A stretch of 64,000 nucleotides of DNA. Source: an uncultured Pseudomonadota bacterium (GTDB lineage Bacteria > Pseudomonadota > Alphaproteobacteria > RF32 > CAG-239). The notes under the pieces were generated by a model. The model ran no database searches, was not told the DNA's origin, and saw only the letters and a program-made list of their open reading frames with translations. The translations under genes and the position numbers were made by a program. Positions within the stretch are counted from its first letter, which is position 1, and each line of letters begins with the position of its first letter. Of the stretch, positions 29,199 through 39,127 are shown piece after piece. Where the stretch lies: assembly GCA_949286215.1 (NCBI GenBank), contig CASDYX010000003.1:46537-110536 (forward strand), read 5' to 3'.

Positions 29199-30224
29199 TT
29201 AGACTGGTAACTTTCCTAATTTCATCCATTCATCAAGAATGTTTTCCACCATTGCCCCCAGCTGATGATATAATTCAGGCACTGAGCTAGATTTCCATCC
29301 CTCACCTACTTTTTTACCATCGATATCAAAGCCGGTAATTTCGACTTTGCGTTGATTAACCAAAGGCAAAGCCTCAGCGGCTGGAATACCCAACATTTCC
29401 CACATTTCTTTATAAGGCATATAGAAGGTATAGCCTTTGAGAAAATATTTCTTTATCGTCTTAAGTAATCCTGCAGGGTTTGGCTCTGATGTCAATTTAG
29501 GGAAAAGAGCAATTTTTTCATCCGACAACGGAAGACGTTCCCTATCCCAGTTCATCATTGTCCGCAATGCGCAACCAATAATGACGTCAACAGCATAGCC
29601 ATTGACAATTGATTCCACATCGAACGAACGATCGCATAACAGCGTCAAAGGTGTTTCATAGAAATAAAACTCCACCTCAGGCATCAACAGACCAAACTGC
29701 TGAGCCGCGGTCAATGAATAACCTGCATGTGTTACCATTCCGATTCGTGGACAATCAATTTGCGAAAGAGCCGGCGAATTTTGAATAATCTGACGCAATT
29801 CCGCCACATTACCAACCGTATCCGTTGCAAATGTCTGAATCAGGTTCTTGCGTACCCTCTTGGAATCAAAACCGAGTTGTTCCAGTAAAGATGCATAAAT
29901 CTGCGCTTCAGATCCTGGAGTATCCTGCCCTTTGTTAGGCTTATACCCAAGCATGGCAATCTCCACTTCGGTGTCTAAATAGAGATGATCATGCTTCATC
30001 CATACCTCACCTAAGTGTTTGACCAATCTTGGATATCCCCCGAAAACAACCAATAAATCCAACTCAGGCACATTATTCAACGAGAATGAATGTACCGTCA
30101 TCGGAGCTCCGGTAATTGACGATGAATAACACAACGGGTACTCCTGGCTATAGGTTCCCCATTTCTGGATTGCAAGAACTTCTTGCACCTCTGTGTTTGT
30201 CAGAGGTTTTACTGTCTTTTCCAT
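29199..30224 (-). CDS. DUF218 (YdcF/ElyC/SanA-like) domain protein
   Basis: Blocks LLVVFGGYPRL, GSEAQIYASLL, TDTVGNVAELRQI and IGMVTHAGYSLTAAQ follow the DUF218 pattern. Confidence 0.4.
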   Translation of the reverse strand: MEKTVKPLTNTEVQEVLAIQKWGTYSQEYPLCYSSSITGAPMTVHSFSLNNVPELDLLVVFGGYPRLVKHLGEVWMKHDHLYLDTEVEIAMLGYKPNKGQDTPGSEAQIYASLLEQLGFDSKRVRKNLIQTFATDTVGNVAELRQIIQNSPALSQIDCPRIGMVTHAGYSLTAAQQFGLLMPEVEFYFYETPLTLLCDRSFDVESIVNGYAVDVIIGCALRTMMNWDRERLPLSDEKIALFPKLTSEPNPAGLLKTIKKYFLKGYTFYMPYKEMWEMLGIPAAEALPLVNQRKVEITGFDIDGKKVGEGWKSSSVPELYHQLGAMVENILDEWMKLGKLPV

Positions 30225-30635
30225 AAAAAAAATAAATTAAAGTAAAACAATAAACGGGTACAAGAAAATATCTCAAAGTTAAACTTTGAAAAAATTTTAA
30301 TAATACCCATCATAATTAATCACTAAGCAAGAGTCCTACCACAAAAAAAGCAACTTATCAAGACAAAATTTAGACAAATGATATTTACAGACACCTATTT
30401 TTCTGCTATACTAAATTTATAACAACAATAAAGGCATATTATTTTATTTCATTTCATAAAATATCAATTTTTGAATCAGGCAAAAGATTTTAAATAAATA
30501 GCGGTTATCAAGACAAGATTTTTTCCAGATTCGCAATAAGCATAAATTTCTTGTGGATTAATTTAAATTTTATGTGAAAAATTTTCTTTAAAGATGAAAA
30601 TAGACACATTAAATATACAAAATTAGGAAAAAAAG

Positions 30636-31133
30636 ATGACAGAACAAAAATCTCAATCAAATATTCCAGCTGAAGACATTAACAATTTGGAATATTTCAA
30701 AAATTTACCCAATCAAAAATACTTAAGAACAGCTGAACAAAGCAGCAAAAAATTTCGCTCTCATGATGGTGCCGCCAAACGTGCCATTATGGAAAAAGCA
30801 ATGATTCACACCGAAGCCTACAAGTTTTCAAAACGCGGTCAAGCCGAAACCAAAGACATGTCTGCCGAAGAAAAAGACGCCCGCATGGCTTTTGTCTTCC
30901 AAAAGTTTTGCACTTTCTATGCTTACAGCGATGAATCCTTAAAATATCGTCGCGGTATTCGTGATATTATGAATGAGCACAAAGCCTTCTACAGCACCTA
31001 TACCTCTGAAGAATCCCGCGCGATTGCCCGTCAAATTAAGGTTCGCAACCTTGCCAACCAAATTGATTCTGGCGATTACCGCGGCTATGCCATTACCAGA
31101 TTTTACAAACAACACGAAGGTCAAAGTTTGTAA
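30636..31133 (+). CDS. hypothetical protein (165 aa)
   Basis: ORF with a strong downstream terminator. No domain recognised. Confidence 0.4.
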   Translation: MTEQKSQSNIPAEDINNLEYFKNLPNQKYLRTAEQSSKKFRSHDGAAKRAIMEKAMIHTEAYKFSKRGQAETKDMSAEEKDARMAFVFQKFCTFYAYSDESLKYRRGIRDIMNEHKAFYSTYTSEESRAIARQIKVRNLANQIDSGDYRGYAITRFYKQHEGQSL

Positions 31134-31154
31134 TTATCTGCAAAAATTTACCCC

Positions 31155-31182
31155 AAGGGAGGTTTTTACCTCCCTTTTTTTA
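31155..31182 (+). terminator. rho-independent terminator
   Basis: Stem aagggaggt/acctccctt followed by T7. Confidence 0.55.
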
Positions 31183-31263
31183 TTGCACTTTTTCCAAACT
31201 GTATTTATGCTGAAAATAAATTGATATTAATTTAGTAATTATTCACTTAAAAATATACGTCTT

Positions 31264-31962
31264 ATGAAAAAGATGAGCTTTTTAGAGACAACCATTCCGG
31301 TAGGTGCGGAATGTTTGTACCCAAGCAGGCAAGACGCCCAAAACTTTTTTGATGAGCAACTCCTCTCCGGAGAATTATTGTTTGGTGTCGGCTTTACCAA
31401 CCACATGGAAAAAGACTTACTCTGGCTCTTAAAAACACCTAAAGGGGCTTTTGTTCCACTTTGGGCCTTTGAGAGAAAACAACCCATAACAGGAGAGTTA
31501 ATCTTCTTCCACCAAGAGGTATGCGGCAACTACATCCACCGCCACCAGCATAATTATCTGTTGTGTCAAGATGATATCTTGGGACTAAGTATCAGAGAAC
31601 TGGCTGTTTTTGCAGACGAAACTGACATAAAAGCCTTATTAAATATCATGCATGAGCCGTTTGAAGAAATTGCTTTGATTAATGTCTATACTTCAAATTT
31701 TGACCTCACACCGGCTTTTACCAGTTGGATTGTCACCAAACCCGACAACACCGCCAGCATACGCCCGACTTTTCTCGAAGATGTGCTGATACACAGAGGT
31801 TTTGACCCACAACAAGCCTCATGGGATTTTTTAGGAGTAGGAGATACTTTTTATCATTTTAATGACAAATACCGTGTCGATTTTGATTCCCAAACCGGTT
31901 GGTATTTTTCAAAAGTATTTCACAATCCTTACATGAAGATTTACACCAAAAATGCCATCTAA
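31264..31962 (+). CDS. hypothetical protein (232 aa)
   Basis: ORF followed by a terminator. No domain recognised. Confidence 0.4.
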   Translation: MKKMSFLETTIPVGAECLYPSRQDAQNFFDEQLLSGELLFGVGFTNHMEKDLLWLLKTPKGAFVPLWAFERKQPITGELIFFHQEVCGNYIHRHQHNYLLCQDDILGLSIRELAVFADETDIKALLNIMHEPFEEIALINVYTSNFDLTPAFTSWIVTKPDNTASIRPTFLEDVLIHRGFDPQQASWDFLGVGDTFYHFNDKYRVDFDSQTGWYFSKVFHNPYMKIYTKNAI

Positions 31963-31963
31963 A

Positions 31964-31990
31964 AAGGAGAGAATATTCTCTCCTTTTTTT
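31964..31990. terminator. bidirectional rho-independent terminator
   Basis: Perfect stem aaggagagaat/attctctcctt followed by a T-run. It lies between convergent genes. Confidence 0.5.
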
Positions 31991-33113
31991 ATTTCAAATT
32001 TTTGGGATTTAAGGCTTTAAGAGCATCAAGTACAAATTCGCCATCTTTTCTGATAAGAACGTCATCAAAATAAATTTCTCCGCCGCCATGCGCCTTATCC
32101 TGCATTTGAATCAAATCCCAATGCACGGCTGAAGTATTTCCGTTTGGTGCAACATCATATGAATTTCCGATTGCCATATGGAAAGAACCGCCGATTTTTT
32201 CATCAAACAAAATATCCAAAATCGGATGCGTAATTCCCGGATTAAGCCCCAGAGCGAATTCGCCCATATATTTTGCCCCATCATCGGTATTTAAAATTTC
32301 TTGCAATTTATCGTTATTGGTCAAAGACGTAGCTTTTATGATTTTTCCGTCCTTAAATTCTAAGCGAATGTTAGAGCAAAAAACACCATTAAATACCGTA
32401 TCGGTATTAAATTGAACCACACCGTTAATTGAATTTTTCACCGGAGCGGTATAAACCTCACCATCTGGAATATTGCACTCCCCGCAACTTTTCACCGCCG
32501 GAATCCCTTTAATTGAAAATTCCAAATGCGTATCGGGAGCAATAATTTTCACCTTATCTGTTTTAGCCATCAATTTCTGCAAAGGATCCATCGCTTTTGA
32601 CATTTTGGCATAATCGACCAAGCAAGCATCAAAATAAAAATCTTCAAAAGATTGCAACGACATTTTCGCCAATGCGGCCATAGACGGGTTTGGATAACGC
32701 ATCACGCACCAACGAGTATGAGGAATACGAGTTGACCGATGAACCGGATTAAAATAATGTTTCATATAAAGAGCCATCTGTTTTTCAGGAACATCCGCTA
32801 AAGCAAAAATATCATCAAAACCTCTGATAGCGATATAAACATCACTTTCCGCCATCTGCCGACGATACACCTCGCCAAAACTCTCCATCTGTTTGGGCGA
32901 TGCATTGGCAATAACCGATTTCAACAAATGTTCATCATTATAAAAATAAAACGGCACTGCTCCCATTTTGGTTGCGGTTTGAATAAAGATTTCAAACAAA
33001 TCCAACACCGAGTTCCCAAAGGCCTCAATATAAATTTTTTCGCCTTTTTTCAGTTTAACTGAGTGTTTCAGCACGTTTTCAGCTAATTTATATAATCTCT
33101 CATCTTTTCTCAT
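31989..33113 (-). CDS. aminopeptidase, M29 (AmpS/PepS) family
   Basis: 374 aa. Overall composition and blocks are typical of thermophilic-metalloprotease M29 aminopeptidases. Translationally coupled to pepA. Confidence 0.55.
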   Translation of the reverse strand: MRKDERLYKLAENVLKHSVKLKKGEKIYIEAFGNSVLDLFEIFIQTATKMGAVPFYFYNDEHLLKSVIANASPKQMESFGEVYRRQMAESDVYIAIRGFDDIFALADVPEKQMALYMKHYFNPVHRSTRIPHTRWCVMRYPNPSMAALAKMSLQSFEDFYFDACLVDYAKMSKAMDPLQKLMAKTDKVKIIAPDTHLEFSIKGIPAVKSCGECNIPDGEVYTAPVKNSINGVVQFNTDTVFNGVFCSNIRLEFKDGKIIKATSLTNNDKLQEILNTDDGAKYMGEFALGLNPGITHPILDILFDEKIGGSFHMAIGNSYDVAPNGNTSAVHWDLIQMQDKAHGGGEIYFDDVLIRKDGEFVLDALKALNPKNLK

Positions 33114-34537
33114 TTACTTTTCTCCATCAGTAAATTAATAACCTCTGTTAATAAAGCCACACCAAAACCGCTGGCATTACCATTTTCATCAGCCTCGCAA
33201 CCGGCAATATCCAAATGCGCCCAAGCAGTCCCGTCTTTAATAAAGTTTTGCAAAAAACAAGCTGCTTGAGTAGAATCCGCCTCTTTTTTTCCTAATTGTT
33301 TCAAATCAGCGATTTCAGACTTCAACCGTTTGGCAATATCTTCATCTATTGGCAGTTCCCAAACTTTTTCATTTGCTATTTCGGCTGCTTTTTTAACTGT
33401 TTTCATCAAGGCTTCGTCATTACCAAGCAATGCAGCATACAAGCCTGCAAAAATATAAGCAGTTGAACCTGTCAGCGTTGCCACATCAATAATTTTTTTC
33501 GCACCGAATTTTTCTTGCAAAAACCACAAAGCGTCTGCCAAAATCAAGCGTCCTTCTGCATCAGTATCAACAATTTCCACGGTTTTTGAAGACATTGACG
33601 TTAAAACATCATCCGGTTTATAAGCATTTCCTGCCGGCATATTTTCTATCAACGGCAATACTGCAATCAAGTTGATGGGCAATTTTTGTAAAGCAGCCAC
33701 TTTCATTGCCGCAATCACAGCCGCCGCCCCGCACATATCTTTCTTTTCACCGACTTGCTGATTATCCAATTTTAAGGATATCCCACCGCTGTCATAGGTC
33801 ACACCTTTTCCGACCAAACCCAAATTCCATGTCTTTTGTTTCGGGTTACCCTCATATTGCATCACCACCAAATACGATTTGTTAGACGAACCTTTGGCAA
33901 CCGCCTCAATTAACCCCATTTTATTTTTTTTAATAAAATCCATATCAAACAAATCAACGCGAATATCCAAATATTCCAAACGCTTAATATCAAGTGCCAA
34001 CACTTCCGGCGTCAAAACATTGGCCGGCTCATTCCCTAAATCTCGTGCATAGCGCACCCCGTTCGTCAACGCGACAACTTTTTTCCAATTCTGCGGTTGT
34101 TCCGTTTTCATCCAATAAATAGTTTCCAATTGAGCAAATTCTTCACTTTTTTTGGTAGTTTTATATTTATCGAAACTATAAGCCGCATATTCCAAAGCCA
34201 ATGCCAAATTTTCAACCTCTAATTTGCACTGAGGTGCAACAATCAAACTCACCTTTTGAAAATCTGCGATTTTATTATAAATTTTCTGCCCGATTTTTTT
34301 ATAATTTTTATCTTTTATAACCAAAACAATAAAAATCTCACCATCAAACAAAATTTGAGCCGCTTGTTTTCTATTTAAAATTGGCGTTAAAACTTCCTCA
34401 TTTTTCGACCAAATATCTTGAATTTTTTTATGTTCTTTTCCGAGTCGTTCAATATCTTTTTGCCAATTCTCACTAAGCACCACAACTTTTGGACAATTTT
34501 CTTCCATTTTTTCATCTCTAAAGGCAAACTCTATCAT
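33110..34537 (-). CDS. pepA: leucyl aminopeptidase (M17)
   Basis: M17 signature NTDAEGRL (VDTDAEGRLILADAL) and the catalytic domain; 475 aa. Confidence 0.85.
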   Translation of the reverse strand: MIEFAFRDEKMEENCPKVVVLSENWQKDIERLGKEHKKIQDIWSKNEEVLTPILNRKQAAQILFDGEIFIVLVIKDKNYKKIGQKIYNKIADFQKVSLIVAPQCKLEVENLALALEYAAYSFDKYKTTKKSEEFAQLETIYWMKTEQPQNWKKVVALTNGVRYARDLGNEPANVLTPEVLALDIKRLEYLDIRVDLFDMDFIKKNKMGLIEAVAKGSSNKSYLVVMQYEGNPKQKTWNLGLVGKGVTYDSGGISLKLDNQQVGEKKDMCGAAAVIAAMKVAALQKLPINLIAVLPLIENMPAGNAYKPDDVLTSMSSKTVEIVDTDAEGRLILADALWFLQEKFGAKKIIDVATLTGSTAYIFAGLYAALLGNDEALMKTVKKAAEIANEKVWELPIDEDIAKRLKSEIADLKQLGKKEADSTQAACFLQNFIKDGTAWAHLDIAGCEADENGNASGFGVALLTEVINLLMEKSK

Positions 34538-34664
34538 AAAATTTCCTCCTCAAAGTACAGAATAAGCATAATATAATCACAAATTAATAATAAACCCCTA
34601 ATTAAAGCTGGAATTTTTATAAAAATAGTGTATATTTTAGACAAAAAGCGTTTAGGAGAAATGG

Positions 34665-37600
34665 ATGAGTTCTAAAAAAAAGCGCTATAATCCATTAAAA
34701 GATGCTTCTGACTACCTCGTAGATGAAGCACAAACTCCTGCGGAAAAAATAATGGATGCAATGCGTCCGTCTCTCCCCATTATCTCCGATGACGAATTAA
34801 AAGACCCCTCACCGATTATCCAACACCTTGAACAAACTCAAGATAAGGAAGACGCTCAAAGTGCCGAAAAAGAACTCTTAGACTTACTTGATAAATACTA
34901 TAACGGTGATCGAGATGTCTCAAAAGAACTCCGTTATAAGAACAAAGCCATTTACAAACAGCTTCTCATCCAAAAATTCAAACAATGGGGCTTAATTTAT
35001 ATCGAAAAGAAGCACTACGCCTTAAGCCGTCCGGAAAAACACTTAATCCGAATTGACTTCTACGGTACGGTCAACAAACCGCGCCCAGACCAAAAAAGTG
35101 AAGCTTACACCCAGAACTCCACCGTTTTTGCTGAAGAACTCAGCCGCAAAGAAAAAAAGAAAGCCAAAAATTCTTCAAACAACAATATTGTCCAAGCAAG
35201 CTCTTCTGAGCCACAAGAAAAAAAGAAATACTCTCCGCAAGATTATGACTTAAGCACCTCCCCTACTTGGAGATTAATGCGCACTTTTCCACGCTTTCAC
35301 ACCATTGAAAACAAAGTCCGTATCCAAATGGCCAAACAAGGACTCAACCCTCAAATCTTGCCTTACTTAAATGTTTATGACTATTCTGATATTTTATACA
35401 ACTATTACCAAAAACCCGAGACCCAAGAAGGCGAGAGTGTCAGAATTTTCTTAGGGGCACGTCAGGCCTTTATCAAAGACCTATTTAGAAAGAATGCTGA
35501 TTGGTTCAGAGATTACTTCAAACGTCACAATTATGATGAACGCTATGCAGAAGCGCTCATTAAATCGGCACAAAGAAAAGGTGTGACAGCAAATATTGAA
35601 TTAAAAGATAATATGCAGGATTATATTTTTGAATATTTGCATAACCACAAACAAAACTTCATCTCGTTTACTCAACAAGAAATACATAACGGCAATCATG
35701 TTACTGGCATTTTAGAAAGGCTGAACAATCCCAATGCCCCTTTAACTGACGAAATGAAAAATTTCATACAAGAAAATGAAACTAAATTTCAAAACCACCT
35801 CAAAAGAAAATACATTACCAGTCACCTACTCAATGCCACTTTTGAAGTATTAAATGACAAAGAAATTCCTTTTTACTTAAAAGAAAACATCAGAAGCTTT
35901 GTTTTATCCTCTCCTGACGAATTTAAAAAATTCATCATACAGAATAACTTCTCGGAAAGAGAATACGAGGTTATGAAAGAAAAAATAAAAAACAAACCTC
36001 CCAGAGAAAAACTGGAAAGCTTAATTAACGCATACGCCAAACAAAACTTAGAAAAATTTCAAAATTTCTTAATCGCTGAAAATCGCGATGAAAATTATAT
36101 CAAATACGCCACCAACTGCTTAAGACCACCACTCGTTCCCGAATATATCAGAGAAAGCCTATATAATTTTATTTTAAGCAAAGAGGATTCACCTTTAAGT
36201 CAACAACTTCAAAAAGAAGGCATTACGCGCGAAAACTTTGCCTCGGTAAAAGAATATATTTTACAGCACCGCAAAGAATACAGTGATTTTTTCAAACAAA
36301 ACAATATTTTAACCAACCAAGAGCTCAACGAGCAATATACGGATATTACAAACTTCATCATAAAAACGCAAAATATGCCTTCTTACATCAAAGATTTTGC
36401 GCAACAATTTATTCGTCGCAACCAAACCGTTTTCCGCTATTGGTATGCAAATTTCAGAGTCCGTCAACACCAAAAAGATGCCGAACAAAAACATAAAAAC
36501 ATTATGGAAAAGGGGCTTTCGGAAACTGATTTCCAAGAAGTATCAACATTTATCAAAGAACGTCTGGATATTTTCAGTGAATTTTGCCAAGGGAAAGGAC
36601 TTAACTTGCCCTCTCAAGAGATTAAGGTAATATTTAATCAGGGAAATTTTCTTAACCCGCAAGTACTCAATAAATCCTCTAACAAAGAAACCCTTAGCTC
36701 AATGCGCAATTTATTGGAACAATTCATTCGTCGCAATGGCTATATTTATCGTAATTCACTCGTTCAGCAACATATTCAAGCCAAAGAGAATGAGGCCGAT
36801 ATCATCTTAAAAAAAATCACCCAACAAGGCATCACCTCAACCACAATGGCCATAGCTCACAAATTTATATTAAACAACAAACCATTGTTTAATAATGATT
36901 TCTACAACAGTAGCGATGCCCAAGATTATAGCCAGGATATTATCTCCAATTTAATGGAGAACACAGCCAATAAAGATATTTTGCAAATTTCCAAAAATTT
37001 CATTTTGCATAACCAAGATGAATTTACAACTTTTATTAAAGAACCGCAAAATATTGAAAATTATATCTCCAATATAACCCAAAAATTAGAAACTTCACAA
37101 AACAAAGGCGATGTTTCTTATTGGGGATTACAATATATCACCCAAAATCAAGATGATTTTATCCAATATCTAGAAGCAGAAAAAATCGGGTCTGAAAATA
37201 TTGAAAACATCAAAAAACAACTTTCAATACAATCATTATCACAAAACATTAAAATGCTATTTGAAAACGACAATTTAGCACTGCAATTTAATGATGGAAA
37301 CACAATAAAAACAACAATTTCCGTACACCACATTAAAGCAGTACAAGATAGTTTTGAGGAAGACATTCCAATTTCGCAAACGCTGCAAGACCAAGAAGAT
37401 TTTAAGCAAGATGCTTTATATGTTCCGAACTTAGCTGCCGCCAACTATTTTAAGAATTTATGCGCTGTCATTGATGACCCCTACCATATTCGCTTTTTCC
37501 ACGGCATGGATAAAACCGAAAAATTTGATAACTTGGAACGTTACATTGGCCGCATTTACCCCCTTAATCAGCATATTGTCTTTTTTGGCGGTCTTGACCT

Positions 37601-37763
37601 GCAAGACCAACTCTCTTATGATTATACTCAAGACGAGCGCACCAAACGTTACCAAAGACATACAGAAAAAATGATGCAATTAAACGAAGAGCAAAGACAA
37701 CTTGATACCTTAAGTCCGGAAATGAGATTTTACATTGTCACCGGCAGCCGCCAAGGACGATAA
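34665..37763 (+). CDS. large helical-repeat protein (1032 aa) with a distinct C-terminal domain of about 120 aa; candidate polymorphic toxin or secreted effector
   Basis: At least 11 tandem repeats of about 40-45 aa with the core F(I/L)xxNxxxFxxF (examples FILHNQDEFTTFIKE, FIQENETKFQNHL, FIIQNNFSEREYE). A non-repeat C-terminal domain is present (HIRFFHGMDKTEKFDNLERYIGRIYPL...). Immediately followed by a SUKH-family immunity-like gene. Confidence 0.5.
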   Translation: MSSKKKRYNPLKDASDYLVDEAQTPAEKIMDAMRPSLPIISDDELKDPSPIIQHLEQTQDKEDAQSAEKELLDLLDKYYNGDRDVSKELRYKNKAIYKQLLIQKFKQWGLIYIEKKHYALSRPEKHLIRIDFYGTVNKPRPDQKSEAYTQNSTVFAEELSRKEKKKAKNSSNNNIVQASSSEPQEKKKYSPQDYDLSTSPTWRLMRTFPRFHTIENKVRIQMAKQGLNPQILPYLNVYDYSDILYNYYQKPETQEGESVRIFLGARQAFIKDLFRKNADWFRDYFKRHNYDERYAEALIKSAQRKGVTANIELKDNMQDYIFEYLHNHKQNFISFTQQEIHNGNHVTGILERLNNPNAPLTDEMKNFIQENETKFQNHLKRKYITSHLLNATFEVLNDKEIPFYLKENIRSFVLSSPDEFKKFIIQNNFSEREYEVMKEKIKNKPPREKLESLINAYAKQNLEKFQNFLIAENRDENYIKYATNCLRPPLVPEYIRESLYNFILSKEDSPLSQQLQKEGITRENFASVKEYILQHRKEYSDFFKQNNILTNQELNEQYTDITNFIIKTQNMPSYIKDFAQQFIRRNQTVFRYWYANFRVRQHQKDAEQKHKNIMEKGLSETDFQEVSTFIKERLDIFSEFCQGKGLNLPSQEIKVIFNQGNFLNPQVLNKSSNKETLSSMRNLLEQFIRRNGYIYRNSLVQQHIQAKENEADIILKKITQQGITSTTMAIAHKFILNNKPLFNNDFYNSSDAQDYSQDIISNLMENTANKDILQISKNFILHNQDEFTTFIKEPQNIENYISNITQKLETSQNKGDVSYWGLQYITQNQDDFIQYLEAEKIGSENIENIKKQLSIQSLSQNIKMLFENDNLALQFNDGNTIKTTISVHHIKAVQDSFEEDIPISQTLQDQEDFKQDALYVPNLAAANYFKNLCAVIDDPYHIRFFHGMDKTEKFDNLERYIGRIYPLNQHIVFFGGLDLQDQLSYDYTQDERTKRYQRHTEKMMQLNEEQRQLDTLSPEMRFYIVTGSRQGR

Positions 37764-37764
37764 A

Positions 37765-38181
37765 ATGCTTACACTTTTAAAACGCATTAAAAACAAAATT
37801 CATCCCCCCAAAGAAGTGCTACTTACTCAAGCTTTAATCTCTCAAGCCTCGCAAATTTTAGCACAACACCACATTGCCTCTATTCCAAGTGATTACCTTC
37901 ATTTTCTGCATTTTTGCAATGGTCTTCAATATCAAGATGCTTGGTTATTAGGAATTTTTGAGGAACATACTCAAATCAATGATATTTGTCGTTTCAACCT
38001 CCAAATCTCTCACCCTTTGTCAAAAGACATTATCATTTTAGGTTTTGATGAATTTGACTTACTTGGATATAATCAAAAATGGAACAGCTATCAAATCATT
38101 GACAAAGACGATTTTGAGGTGCTAGAAGAGTATCAGGACTTAGAAACGGCATTAAATTATATATTGAAGATAGAATCATGA
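37765..38181 (+). CDS. SUKH (SMI1/KNR4) family immunity-like protein
   Basis: Motifs IPSDYLHFLHFCNGL and IIILGFDEFDLLGYNQKWNSYQIIDKDDFE match the SUKH-1 pattern (LPxDYxxFL..NG ... ipia.d..gn.l.ld....yy.D.e). The start at 37765 is 1 nt after the stop of the large gene, with a Shine-Dalgarno aagga 8 nt upstream. The ORF track starts at 37735, inside the previous gene. Confidence 0.55.
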   Translation: MLTLLKRIKNKIHPPKEVLLTQALISQASQILAQHHIASIPSDYLHFLHFCNGLQYQDAWLLGIFEEHTQINDICRFNLQISHPLSKDIIILGFDEFDLLGYNQKWNSYQIIDKDDFEVLEEYQDLETALNYILKIES

Positions 38182-39125
38182 GTAATATTTACGACATATC
38201 AGCAGAAAACATATCCAAGGCCGCCGACGTAATCAAAAATGGAGGTCTCGTCGCTTTTCCAACCGAAACAGTTTATGGTCTGGGTGCAAATGTTTATCTC
38301 TCTAACGCTGTTGCCAGAATTTTTTCAGCCAAACAGCGCCCACAATTTGACCCTTTGATTTCCCACATTGCCGACATTAATTTCTTACCAGAATATGCCC
38401 AAACAGATGATAGAGCCATGAACCTCGCACGTCATTTTTGGCCGGGGCCGCTCACTCTCATTCTAAAAAGAAAAGATTCTAATCCCTCAATAGATTTGGC
38501 TTGTTCAGGCTTACCCAACATAGCGGTTAGAATGCCATCTCATCCGGTTGCTTTGCAACTCATCAAAGAAAGCGGCGTTCCTATTGTTGCCCCGTCAGCC
38601 AACAAATTTAAATCTATCAGTCCGACAACGGCTTATCATGTTCAAGAAAGTTTAGGCGATAAAGTTGATATGATACTGGACGGCGGTCAATGTGCCGTTG
38701 GCGTAGAATCAACAATTATTGATGTTACCGGCAAACAAGTTGTCTTGCTTAGAGCCGGAGGAACAACTTTGGAAGCTTTAGAGGACTTCTTAAACGAACA
38801 AGTTCTCATCTCTCATGGTAATCCCAACCAACCAAGCGCCCCCGGACAACTCCTCAAACACTACGCTCCGGGAAAACCATTAAGAATAAATGCCACCTCA
38901 AGACAAGAAGGGGAATTTTATATTGGCTTTGGCGATGTTTCCGCCTCGGATATTAACCTTTCTCCAACCGGAAATTTGGAAGAGGCGGCCAGTCGCTTGT
39001 TTGCGTTTTTACGTTTTGCTGACCGTCAACCCGGTTACACTGGAATTTGTATGTCGCCTATTCCGCTCAAAGGCTTAGGGCTCGCCATCAACGACCGTAT
39101 CAAACGTGCAGCTTATAAAGAATAG
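38178..39125 (+). CDS. tsaC: L-threonylcarbamoyladenylate synthase (YrdC plus Sua5 domains)
   Basis: YrdC-type fold motifs GGLVAFPTETVYGLGA, a SUA5 C-terminal domain; 315 aa. Confidence 0.8.
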   Translation: MSNIYDISAENISKAADVIKNGGLVAFPTETVYGLGANVYLSNAVARIFSAKQRPQFDPLISHIADINFLPEYAQTDDRAMNLARHFWPGPLTLILKRKDSNPSIDLACSGLPNIAVRMPSHPVALQLIKESGVPIVAPSANKFKSISPTTAYHVQESLGDKVDMILDGGQCAVGVESTIIDVTGKQVVLLRAGGTTLEALEDFLNEQVLISHGNPNQPSAPGQLLKHYAPGKPLRINATSRQEGEFYIGFGDVSASDINLSPTGNLEEAASRLFAFLRFADRQPGYTGICMSPIPLKGLGLAINDRIKRAAYKE

Positions 39126-39127
39126 AC

